From NCBI RefSeq assembly GCF_030028105.1, contig NC_092384.1, positions 65,971,548 through 66,035,547 on the forward strand: 64,000 bases of DNA, read 5' to 3'. The stretch is from Mobula birostris (Eukaryota). This document shows, piece after piece, positions 1 through 11,304 of the stretch. Each line of letters starts with the position of its first letter. Positions within the stretch are counted from its first letter, which is position 1. Position numbers and translations under genes: made by a program. The notes under the pieces were generated by a model, which was given only the letters and a program-made list of their open reading frames with translations, was not told the origin of the DNA and made no database searches.

Positions 1-168
1 CAATCATCAGCCTTTCTTACAGTTGCTGTGATAATCAAGGTAGATTCTTCTATTATGCAAAATAACAGCCATCTGCTATTGATGGAAAAGAATAGCAGAG
101 GTAAAATGGCAATGGTTTGATACATGAGAAAGATGGACTACAGTTCCCCTTAAACCAGGAAGGGAGAT

Positions 169-730
169 ACACTCAGTGGCCACTTTATATGGTACACTAG
201 CTTGTTAATGCAAATATCTAATCAGTCAATTATGTGCCATCAACTCAATGCGTTAAAAGTATGCAGACATGGTCAAGAAATTCAGATATTGTTCAGACCA
301 ACCATTAGTATGGGGAAGAAATGTGATCTAAGTGACTTTGATCGTGGAATGACTGTGGGTGCCAGAAAGGGTAGCTTGGGTTCTCTGAAACTGCTGATCT
401 CCTGGGATTTTCATGCACAAGTCTCTAGAGTTTACAGAGAATGGTGCAAAAAAAAAAAGCCCAAGAAATCCAGTAAGCAGCAGTTCTGTGGGTGAAAATG
501 ACTTGTTGAGGACAGAGATCAGAGGAGGCTGGACAGACTGGTTCAAGCTGGCAGGAAGGTGACTGTAACTCAAGTAATCACACGTTGCAACAGTGGTGTA
601 CAGAAGAGTAGCTCTGAGTGCACAACACAAACCTTGAAGGATGGGCTACAGCAGCTGAAGACCACAAACATACCATCAATGGCCACTTTATTAGGTACTC
701 CCTGTACTTAATAAAGTGACCACAGGGCTT
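169..730 (+). mobile_element. Tc1-like DNA transposon remnant (internally deleted)
   Basis: Left end CACTCAGTGGCCACTTTATATGGTAC and right end GTACTTAATAAAGTGACCAC form imperfect TIRs. The internal ORF fragment MGKKCDLSDFDRGMTVGAR resembles the N-terminal HTH of Tc1 transposases. Confidence 0.75.
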
Positions 731-3269
731 ATACTGAGAATGGGCAATTCAGTAGTTTTAGAAATTATAAACATTTCCATTCAGTCACTGTAACATTACT
801 AACTAAAACCATATCACTTGATTGCTACAAAAAAAAAAAAAAAATTGGTTAGGACTAGCTTAAACTCTGAATAGAGCCCAGCCACCCAAAGTCCCCCATC
901 TATACAAGTTGGATGTGGGTCAGGTTGAATGGTTATTCTGGGAAAAAAAATGCTGAAGCTGGGTTGAGTCTTGCCACACCAAATTGCTTAGTACTTTATT
1001 CAGTTCAGGAAGATTTGCTTAGTCAATGCCCTTGACCCATATTTAGTGTTTAGTTCAGAACCAGATCAAGAGCACATTTGAAATGTTATACTTACAGCCA
1101 TGCTTAATAGGGCTTTAACTGTGTGGAGCAGACCTCTAACTGGGTGGATGCTAAGAGGTACTTTTTTTCTCGTTAGGAGTCCAAAATTGAGGGCGTTACC
1201 TCAGGATAAAGGGTTTAGGACTGAAAGAGAGTGTAGAATGTGGTACATCTCATTCTCAGATGCCTAGGCATTCATTTTTAAGGCTGCTTGTTAAATGCTC
1301 GGACAGTAAAAGGTTTAGTGCACATGGCGATGAAGTAGGAAAATGGATTGGAGATTCACTGAATCAAAAGAAATCAACAAGTGGCAGGGCAGGTCTTAGT
1401 GTGGGGAGGAGGTGCAAGTGAACAGTTCCTGCATCCACGCCTACAATGAGATTAATAAAACTTCTAAGGCCCCTGTTTGGGGTCCTTTAAAAACACAGTA
1501 GATACTAGATATGGCACATGCATTGGATTGTCTTCCATTTTCCAGCTTTGCAACCATTGTCAAAAACTTTAGAGTCTACTTCTAAACATTGGCAACGTTT
1601 ATCTCCCTTCTATGTGAAACTTTAAATCTCAAACTGATTGCTACAGGACATCCAAAGGCACTTAGGTTATTTATCAGTAAGCACCGAGACCAGACTTTAA
1701 AGAATGATCAATCTACACTAAAGCCTGTACCCTGGAGATGTTGAGCAGTGGGAAAGTGGAAATCACAGGAAAAGGGAGTACAAGATTAGGGTACAGGCTA
1801 AGTGTGGCCCAATACTGCAGGTTTCCTCATACACTGGAAATAATGTTAAAGAAATTAGCATTTCCCTTAAATTCACCTGCTTTCAAAATAATTTATGGGA
1901 ACTTTACTCAGCAGAGCAATACCACAAAATTGGCACACCAGTAAATTCAGTTTACTTTGAACAGACAATAAAAGGGAGTCCCTTCTAACCTTCAAAACTG
2001 CTCAGGCTTCAAACAATCTGAACACTTTACATTTCACGGCACAAATAAAGCTACCACTAATCTGCAGCAGCACAGCAATAGGAGCTATCCCCGAATAATA
2101 CTAATGCATGCACCGAGTTACTAGTATTTCAGTCTAATCAAATATAATTTACATGTTTTTCCTTGGTTGGTTAATGAAATAAAGGATTTTTGTTTTAGGA
2201 AGCCATTTAAAAAAAAACACATTGTGAAGCAACTCTGTGGAAATAGTCCATGCTGACACAATCCTTAAAATCAATTGCAGTTAAAATTACAGATGTTTAT
2301 ATTAAGTCATTTAAATTAAGCCATACAAATGACAGATGTCATTTGGCTCATCCTGTCTGTGATGACTATGGAATTGGTCCCACTTAATTATTCTTCCCAA
2401 AACCTCTTTTCTCATCCAATCCCCCCCCCCCAAAGTTGCCTTTGAGTGTGCCTTCAGCCTGTGCACTCCAAATATGATAATTTATTGTACATTCTTTAGC
2501 TATTCACCCTGGCCTGCCTGTCAGTGGAAGCAGTTTCGCCTGACACCTCCCTCAGAAATTTAAATTCTTTGTTACCTTTCAGCTTTCTCGGTTGCATGAT
2601 CAACAATGTGGGTTTCTCCAGTCTTCCTCCAGCTCATGCTAAAATGAATGTAATATTGCTCTTTTTAAAAATGATCTAAATGTTATGTACAGTGTAAAAG
2701 CAATTAAAAGTAAAAAAAACTATTTGTAAGTGTAGCAGTAAACATACTTATCTACTCAAATTGATACAGGAGGCTTCTTGGGATTAAAGCTCAATATCTT
2801 CATATCTGACAGGTCTACACTCTAACTTCTGTTTTATTTGAAACTTCAGAGCTCGATTTTTATAAAGCCTAATCATCATGTAGACAGCTAATACTTTGCC
2901 CCCCTACTGAAAGTTCTAGATAATGCATTAAAATTCCATATCATATGCATGCTTCTCAAAAGTTGAAGAGTGGCCAGAAAGTACTAATGACTTTACAGGA
3001 TAAAGAATTTCTGTTATTGGGTTAAACTGGAGAAGGTGGACTTGTTCTGTTTAAGGCAAAGACAACTTGAGATTTATCAAAAGGGTAGCAGATTGCAGTT
3101 TAGATAGAAAGAAGCAGATTTAACAGCTGGTGGCAAAGATTTTTTTGATGGAAGATTCAAGGAAAACGATGAAGCATGTAGACAATAATGATCTGGAACT
3201 CTGCCTGTATTGAGGTGGAAATAGAATCAATCAGCACCTTCAAATGGGAAATGAGCATTCACTTGAGAG

Positions 3270-3440
3270 AAACGCACACTGCTGGAGGAACTTAGTAGGT
3301 TACTCAGTTTCTCTGCAGACTCCTCGACTAAAACATCGGCTCTTTATTCCTCTCCATACATGCTGCCTGACTTGCCGAGTCCCTCTAGCATTTTGTGTTT
3401 GTTATTTGGATTTCCAAAATCTGCAGAATCTCATGTTTAT
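3270..3440 (+). mobile_element. Degenerate Penelope-like pseudo-LTR fragment
   Basis: ATGCTGCCTGACTTGCCGAGTCCCTCTAGCATTTTGTGTTTGTT...ATCTGCAGAATCTC matches the 3' end and tail of the pLTR copies at 10350, 36650 and 46320. Confidence 0.6.
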
Positions 3441-4578
3441 GATTTTCACGAGAGAATAATTTGGCAGTGCTAAAGGGAAAGAGCGAGGGAAAAGGGAAAC
3501 ATATAATTGCTCTACCAGGAACCATTGGGCTATTGAATTCCATATATTTTGGCTTGTAAATAAATGGGAAATGGAATTTGGTCATATCCACCATGGTCTA
3601 CATCAAGCAAAACTTCTTATCCTCCTGCTGGCCAACTAAGACCACTCTCAAAATGCTGGAGTTTCTCCGGCAATTTGTGTGCGTTGCTATGGATTTCCAG
3701 CATCTGCAGACTTTCTTGTATTTAAGAGCAACACTGATGCCAAACTGGAAGAAAGCTTATAGACCTTATATCTCAATTGCAAAGAAACTGCTTTCATTTT
3801 AAAGGTATATTTCATTCACAAAAATGCCAGAGAATATTTAACTGGACACACAAATCATATTGCCAAGCAGACTGTACACATAGTAAACAGTGAAAATAAA
3901 ATAGCTGAGCCATTCTCCACAAACCTAACAAACCTTCAATGTACACCAACATGATTCAGCAGCAATACAATTTCATCACCAAACTTAAAATCTACAACAT
4001 GAGATGTTACTAATGCTGATGCAATTGTCCACCTTTACCTTATGGTTTAAGCAAGGGCTTCGGAAGGTTTATATTCTAAAGAACCAATGAATGAAATCTA
4101 AAGATATCTATCTTTTGGCCAAAGGGCACAGTGTTTTTTTTGTCTTCCCCACCACACATACACCTTCACAAACTCTAAAACTTGTCCATATATATTTAAT
4201 TATTACAGAAATCTTTAAACATACTATTTTATATCTTTTGCAGACCATTTTTATATGGTTCAGAAATCAGATCCTTTGGCTTTATCCTTAACAGATTTCT
4301 GAGTGTATAATACTCAGGATGATACTTACACAATTTAATTACTTACACTTCAACACCACTCCCTGGGAGCTTACTATGTTCAATCACACTTGGTCCAGAG
4401 AGAAATTATTTGTGTCTGACTCCCTTTGCAGGAAGCTCCCAGAGACCATAATAAGCAATTCACCCTCTGCCATCAGCACCCTTGTCAGTTCTGAAAGGTT
4501 ATCCAGGTTTCCTCCTTGGAGAACTGCCAGATAGTGCAACTTTCCTTTGGAATGGGTAGGAGTCAAAGGACGACTGCA

Positions 4579-4584
4579 TTTATT
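4579..4584 (-). promoter_or_regulatory. Candidate polyadenylation signal of the PPP1R3E-like gene
   Basis: AATAAA on the minus strand ~680 nt past the stop codon; usage not verified. Confidence 0.35.
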
Positions 4585-5260
4585 TGTTGCAAGTGGCATG
4601 TAGGATTATGAAGTCTTTGCAAAGGTGATGAAAAGATTGTCCAGACATCATTTTCTAAAGATAGTACAAGTCTTCAAACTTAGTTATATTATTCGCTGAT
4701 TAAGCAGTCAAGTAAAAGTGCCATTTTGGAAACGCAAAAGTGCACCTTATAAAATTAAAAAACATTTCTTAAAAAAAGGATTTTTTATATAAAGGGCTCA
4801 AGTTTGGAAGTCTGCTGAAATTTAGTCACCTCTCCCTGTAGCTGGTTAAGAAGTCTCGTGCTGTTAATCTCACAGGTTACCCTTACACCCGTTACTGCTC
4901 AAGCTTATTAAAACACGAAATGCTGGACATAATTAGCAGGCAGCCTCCGTGGAGACGGAAAACAAAAATTAACGTGGTAAATCGGTGATTCCTATTCGTG
5001 TATACCTGATCATAAAAACACTGACCCTCCCACCTCACAACGGAAACTGAACTCAACTTATTGCTTATAATGACTGACGACAACTTTCCCTGCCACAACA
5101 CTGAATGGAAGCAGTTAAGGAGAATTTCCAGTTTTCAGTGGTCCCCACGACTTAATACCTTCAAACAGAAACCGAAACCTTGCAGGAGACAAGATGGACC
5201 AGATGCGACTTCTCAAACACCACCATGCAGACGCGGTAAAGAAAGTTTCCTCTTTTCCGT

Positions 5261-6148
5261 TCAAATGAAGTGAATCCAGCCATTTTCCCAGTCCTTGGGA
5301 GGGGAGACTTTAACCTTGTGACTTACAACCTGGTAGTTGAGACCTTTATTATTGTCCCAGAACTCCTGTTCTGCCACCAGGTAGCGGATGGCGAACTGCA
5401 TAGTTCCACCCATGTCCAGAAAGAGCGGGGTGATCAATTTAAAGAAGAAAGTGTCAGTCTGGCCGTCCGCAGAGTGCGAGCTGTGGCTGGCTACGATGTC
5501 CACGAAAGAGGTCCACTGGTTGAGGGTATACCTGACCACCACCTGCTTCTCGAAGGCGATATTGGAGACCCTGATGAGCCCAAGGATACTGAACTGGTCA
5601 GTGGAAAAGGACTCCAGACACACCTTATCCGTCCTGACCCTCTCCAGGAAGCCGGGACAGCTGACGGGGTTGCTGAACGTGGGCTCCAGCGTGTGGGCTG
5701 GGTTGTCCAATAGTATGTCCATCATGTCGGTGGGCAGCAGACAATCGGGTCGCTCGTTCCTCAGCCTAGCCATAACTCGGTGCGGGATCTGGGGCACGTC
5801 AGCATCGCAGAAGTGCTTGATGGTGGTCAACTCCAAGCCCAATGAGTCTGCAAAGCGGACACTCTTCCTCCTGGCCCGGCAGGCAGAGGCTTTCTCCAGA
5901 GAGGCGGCTCCTCGATCGGCCGGGGCTGGCAGCGACTTGGCCCTCCTGCGTTGACCGGGGCTGGGATGACCACCGCAGTTGCTGGACCCTTCTCGGCTCC
6001 TCTCCTGCTGGTGACATTTGGGGTGACAGTCGAGCTCTCCTTCCGCTCCACAGCCGGCATATTCCTCCGCCAAGCTGCCGTTGAGACCGGCTATGCAACT
6101 GAAGTTCCGAGGTATGCACAGGCTCGAATGAACCTCCAGCTTCTCCAT
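5261..6148 (-). CDS. PPP1R3E: Protein phosphatase 1 glycogen-targeting regulatory subunit, PPP1R3E-like (PPP1R3D is the alternative); single coding exon, 295 aa
   Basis: RVxF PP1-docking motif KSVRFADSLGLEL; CBM21 motifs RVSNIAFEKQVVVRYT and FAIRY...EFWDNNKGLNY; C-terminal GWIHFI. N-terminal IPRNFSCIAGL and RRRAKSLP resemble PPP1R3E (IPRNLSFIAAL, RRARSAP). The first in-frame ATG after the in-frame TAG (6206-6208) is at 6148; the ORF track starts at an upstream TTG. Confidence 0.88.
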   Translation of the reverse strand: MEKLEVHSSLCIPRNFSCIAGLNGSLAEEYAGCGAEGELDCHPKCHQQERSREGSSNCGGHPSPGQRRRAKSLPAPADRGAASLEKASACRARRKSVRFADSLGLELTTIKHFCDADVPQIPHRVMARLRNERPDCLLPTDMMDILLDNPAHTLEPTFSNPVSCPGFLERVRTDKVCLESFSTDQFSILGLIRVSNIAFEKQVVVRYTLNQWTSFVDIVASHSSHSADGQTDTFFFKLITPLFLDMGGTMQFAIRYLVAEQEFWDNNKGLNYQVVSHKVKVSPPKDWENGWIHFI

Positions 6149-6719
6149 GAGGGACAGACGAGTGAGGCTGGGGTAGGTTTGCAAGAGGTGGGCCGGACCT
6201 CCGTGCTAAAACCACATTTTGTTGATTTGCCGAACGCCTGGATAGCTCGGTGTCTGCGGTAGAACTGCGGAACGTGTTCCTATATGAAGGAGGGGAAATA
6301 CATTTAACAGTCTACGGAGGAAACTGGGCTTAAAGTGCAATGACGTGGATGACAATCAAGCCTTCGTAACACCCTATCGAGTTCCAGGCGTGTAACAGGA
6401 GGAAGGGGGCGGGTGCGCTTTAAAATCTAAAGTACCAAACGTAGTGACGAATAAATCAAACAGAAGCCCCGTTGGGATCACAACTTATCGTTAGCATTAA
6501 TCATAAATATAAAGGGACTTGGTGCGGAAACCAAGAGCGCTTAGCAACATGATAATTTCAACCCGGACACTAGAAGCGAATTCAAATCGAGTTCAGTGCA
6601 GAGCGCGAGAGAGATGGGGTTAATCCTCGTTGAGTTGGGTGGAGTAGAGGCGGATTGGAAATGGTTGGTGGACGCGGACTGAATCTTGTTTGAATTCAGG
6701 GCTCTCGAAAGGGGTGAAA

Positions 6720-7085
6720 ATAGATGCATTATTGATCCCAAAGGAAATTACAGTGTCACAGTAGCATTACAATTGCACAGATATACGAATATTAAAAGGG
6801 AGGTAAGAAAGAATACAAAAAAACAAGTTACCTCAAACAAGCTAACAGGAGGGGTTCATCACTTCCCCGGCAATAGGTTGACCCATGATAGAGCGTAATG
6901 GCCGAGTTTGAGAAGGACTTCATATAGCGCTCTTGGGCGTTTTGTCTTAGTGACAGTCTATTACTGAAAGTGCTCCTCTGTTCAGCCAAAGTAGCATACA
7001 GGGGGTGAGAAATATTGTCCAGAATTGCCAGGATTTTCCGTAGGGTCCTGTGTTCTACCACAGCCTCCAGTGTGTCCAGTTTGAC
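6720..7085 (-). mobile_element. Rex1/Babar-type LINE 3' fragment
   Basis: ORF VEHRTLRKILAILDNISHPL...STFSNRL...ERYMKSF is homologous to the C-terminus of the Rex1-like element at 31358-31606 (ILVNVSHPI...STFSQRL...ERHRKSF), with a similar 3' end (TATTGATCCC on +). Confidence 0.7.
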
Positions 7086-8549
7086 ACACTTGAGGAAGAG
7101 CCAGGTTAGAAATGAAAGGGCATCTGTAGTACTTTATTTAAGGAAAGACGTTGTCAATGTGATGTGTTGGAAGCAGTTCCCGGAAGGGTGACCAACCAAA
7201 GCAACCCGGGATGGATGAACAGGCTGGGCTGTATCCACTGGAGAAGGGTCTTAATTGAAATTCTGAAGGCAGTTATGGATAAAATGCTTCTTCTGGCGGG
7301 AGAATTTAAATTTAAAGGGCTCCGGCTTAAAAGTAAGGGGTTATCCATTTAAGGTAGAGGGAAATGAGTCCCCCCCCCCCCCAAGATCAGGGGTCTTTGG
7401 AATTCTTCTACAAAGCTGGAACCATTTTTTTTCAGATAATTTGGATAAACAAGGGTAAAAGGAATGCAGAGTTGAGGATAAAAATCAGAATAACCAAGAT
7501 CTCATTAAATATGAATCGATTAAGCCAAGTGGTCATTAGTGCTGCTAATTTGCATGTTTGCAAGCAAGCCTCAATCTTGCTCTGCATTCCACCTTGAACA
7601 CTATTCCAGGGCAAGGAACAATATCTCACCTGTAGACCCATAACGATATACATTTCCAGACCCAATGATACATAGGAAAAAGCAGACCTCATCTAAAAAC
7701 CAACCTCTTACAGTCAATACTGCATCAGTCTCGATCTTCATGCCAATATCTTCAACGTGGGACTTGAACCCACGATTTGCTGACTGGAAGGAAGTGTTAC
7801 TCACCGAACCACACCAACTGAGGAGCATATCACATTGCTCATCTGTGAGCTGGTTAGCTGAATTTGGCAACTTCATTGTCAAAGCCATTCCAGTCTTGCG
7901 TCTTATATTTCCAATGTTCATTTTCTTTAATCCCTGCTATTTCAGGTGTAATAAATAACTGATCCAAACCTATCGTTTAATCACCAAGGTTTATGTTCAC
8001 CACATTCTTTCAACAGTACTACCGCTGTGTGTTACTCATTATCTCTTCGGCTGCATCCTGTTACCTGTCTCCGTCCACAGAGGAAGTTTTAAATTGCAGA
8101 GTAAGGGATCATCTCCAACTTTTCTCAGTTCACATAAGATGCTGTCTACCCGTACGAGCATGTTATACTTTTATTTGCTTTTGATTTTTGACACTGCACC
8201 AGAGTAGTACGTCATACTCAATTCGAGTAACTGCAGTACTATTTGCCTTTAAAGTCTCCTCTACAGATACTTACACGCGTAATATATCAATGTTTAGGTT
8301 TTAATTATTCATGGATACTGCGATAGCTGGAGAGCTACATTTCTGGAGTTAGTAATTAAAAGACGAGTTGGGATCAACTCGCTCCAAGATATTGATACAA
8401 TTTCTGATGTGCGATATCCAGATTAAAGTCCCGATTTTCTTTCATTTGCGCCTTGACTTGTACATATCCGGTACTTTTTCCTTTAAAACTTAGCCAATTG
8501 TGGAGATAGCATTTATATGATCTTTTAGCACAGGGTTTATTTCTGATCT

Positions 8550-8830
8550 AGCCGCGCCACAGGTTTTGATTTGTATTAACACGCAGCAGGAACTGCGCCA
8601 CCCGGTGAGATCGTGCGTGAAGTCACGTTCACGGTCAATGTGAAGCAGAGGAGAGAAGGACTGTTACATGCGCACACACAAACACGATGTCTCAATCTTT
8701 GCTTACCTCTCGACATTTCCTGACGTGGCCAATTTGAGAAGAATCAATGAGCAATGAACGCACTGCGAATATATTCACGACTTGCACGTGCGGCTATAGT
8801 AGCAGCTGACTCACTGCAACGACGAATTGT
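8550..8830 (-). promoter_or_regulatory. Candidate promoter / non-coding 5' exon of the PPP1R3E-like gene
   Basis: Local CpG enrichment; strong minus-strand donor GAG|GTAAGC at 8707/8706; matching acceptor TTTCCCCTCCTTCATATAG|G at 6280/6279; CACGTG at 8785 and TGACGTGG at 8721. Confidence 0.45.
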
Positions 8831-9878
8831 AATGGATGAAAATGAATTTGTATTTTAAATACCCTGCCATTTAGATGCCCAAAATATCACTGGCTGTGTT
8901 GCGATGAGAAAATAAATATTTTAGTTCCCAACAAGATAGCAACACGACTCAGACCTGCTGTTATTATTAAATCGTAGCATGAAATAGATTTCAAATTTTG
9001 TCAGTTACAAATATTTTCCCTCTTAACAATTAATTTGCAAACAGATGGAACTGTAATTTCGGTCGAATTTTATAATACAGGTAACCTTTTTAAAACGCCT
9101 GTGGAGGTTTCAGTCGATTTGTTCTAATTTCAAAGTGCTTGATATCCCGGTACTTACGTCAGTTTGTGCCCGCAAGTGCAAATGGCAGTGTGCTACTTTC
9201 ATTGTAAGAGAGACTTCCACAAAACACTTTCCTTGCCAATCCAGCTACATTACAACGGTGGTGACACTTGGTTCTTTTTTAAATAATGTAAAGGAGGCAG
9301 GCAGTTTATGTATAAGCAACACTTCAAATCAGGGAAATCATAACAGGCGGAGTCAGCTGTTTCTGCAGTGCTGATTGAGGCATGCTGTTGAAAACACCAG
9401 GAAAAGGCTCCTGCTCTTCTCCAACTTAGCATGGAATGTTTAAAAATATCAATCTGAGAGAACAGTTGGAACCTAGTTTAACATCTCAGCAAGGTAAACC
9501 TCTGACACTGCAGTTCCACCTTCATGCCCCTCTATGGTATTGGACTGAAATCCACAACCTTCTGACCGGAGGAAAGCGTGTTACTCACCGACCCTCAGTA
9601 ATAAAGGAGCATGTCACTTTGCAGATCTGAGAACTGGTTAGATCAAATTCACTGATAAACGTCATTTGAAAATTAATAACGTGTTTTGTCTTATCACTGT
9701 TGGCCATCAGTGCCTAGAACTGAAATAATATTTAGCTCATGACCATAATGGTTCAACATATCAGTTTTTGTTCATTTATTAATACACAAAAATAAAATGA
9801 TATTCAAATTAAAATTTATTGGGATTGAGCTCCTCTTTCAAAATTGCCATTTCTGAAAAATAATTGTTAATGAAATTA

Positions 9879-10400
9879 AAAACGCAAACAACAGGAATTC
9901 TGCAGATGCTGGAAATTCAAGCAACACACATAAAAGTTGCTGGTGACAACACCTTATATTCCGTCTGGGTAGCCTCCAACCTGATGGCATGAACATCGAC
10001 TTCTCTAACTTCCGCTAAGGCCCCACCTCCCCCTCGTACCCCATCTTTACTTATTTTTATACACACATTCTTTCTCTCACTCTCCTTTTTCTCCCTCTGT
10101 CCCTCTGAATATACCCCTTGCCCATCCTCTGGGTCCCTGTCTTTCTTTCCGGACCTCCTGTCCCATGATCCTCTCGTATCCCTTTTGCCTATCACCTGCC
10201 CAGCTCTTGGCTCCATCCCTCCCCTTCCGGTCTTCTCCTATCATTTTGGATCTCCCCCTCCCCCTCCAACTTTCAAATCCCTTACTCACTCTTCCTTCAG
10301 TTAGTCCTGACGAAGGGTCTCAGCCTGAAACGTCGACTGCACCTCTTCCTAGAGATGCTGCCTGGCCTGCTGCGTTCACCAGCAACTTTGATGTGTGTTG
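9879..10400 (+). mobile_element. Truncated Penelope-like element (short inverted 5' piece + GIY-YIG end + pseudo-LTR)
   Basis: Near-identical to 36240-36700 and 45900-46370. Starts with an inverted copy of the 3' end plus tail. Flanked by the direct repeat TTGTTAATGAAATTA (9864-9878 / 10398-10412). Confidence 0.85.
10303..10338 (+). ncRNA. Minimal type I hammerhead ribozyme motif
   Basis: AGTC-CTGACGA-AGGgtctcagCCT-GAAA-CGTC-GACT: intact CUGANGA and GAAA boxes, stem I AGUC/GACU, stem II AGG/CCU, palindromic ACGU helix III, GUC cleavage triplet. Confidence 0.8.
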
Positions 10401-10479
10401 TTAATGAAATTACTGTCTTATCTGAGCTGGCCTACTAAAATTTGTGTTTTGTTGTGAGGAGAGGTGGTGAAGTGGGGGC

Positions 10480-11210
10480 AATGGAATAGATTTTGCTATC
10501 AAATGTACTGGGATATAGTGAAAAGTTTGTCTTGCACAACTACATATACATCAGATCATTACACAGTGCAATGAGGTAGAACAAGGTAAAAACAGTAACA
10601 GACTGCAGAACAAAGTATAATAGCTACCAAGAAAGTGCATGCAGATAAACAAATATTGTGCAGGATCATAAGGTAGATTGTGAGAGAAATAATCCATCTT
10701 ATCCTACTATTGAATGGTTCACTAGTCTTATAACAGTGGGGTAAAGGTGTCCTGTACCCTGAGTATACGTTTTCAGGCTTTTGAATCTTCTGCCCCATGG
10801 GGGGGGGGGGTAAGAGAAAGAGAATACCCAGCTGGGTGGTGTCTTTGATAATACCGGCAATTTTACTAAGGTAGCAACACAGCGGCTGGTTTTCATAATG
10901 TGCTGAGCTGCGCCCACAATCCTTTAGTTTCTTGCTGTCATGGGCAAAGCAGTTGCAATACCAAGCTGTTATGCAGCCAGATAGATGCTTTCTATGATAC
11001 ATAGGCTATGAGGCTAAATTTCCTTAGCCTCCTTGAGGAACTAGAGATGCTGGTGAACTTTCTTGGCCGTATCATCATCACAGTTGTGCCAGGACAGCTG
11101 TTGGAAATGTTCATTTCTAGGAATTTGAAGCTCTCAAATGAACACCACTACACAAGAGTACGTACACTGCTCTCCTTCCTGAAGTCAATGACCAGCTCTT
11201 TTGCTGGCAT
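10480..11210 (-). mobile_element. Degenerate Rex1/L2-like LINE 3' fragment
   Basis: LSGCITAWYCNC...KIAGIIKD resembles the post-RT region of the element at 50248-50775 (ILTGRITVWYG). Confidence 0.6.
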
Positions 11211-11304
11211 TGAGAATACTAAAACTTTCTATGTTGAAATCCCTGTTTAATTTAAGGTTTTGTACTTTCATTTCTCCCAGGGAGCTATACTACAGCTGTT
11301 GGAA

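Noticed and set aside
6149-6184. TTG-initiated N-terminal extension in the ORF track
   Set aside because: Eukaryotic gene; the first in-frame ATG is at 6148 and homology starts after it.
5270-6262. Several overlapping ORFs around PPP1R3E-like
   Set aside because: Shadow ORFs of a GC-rich coding exon.
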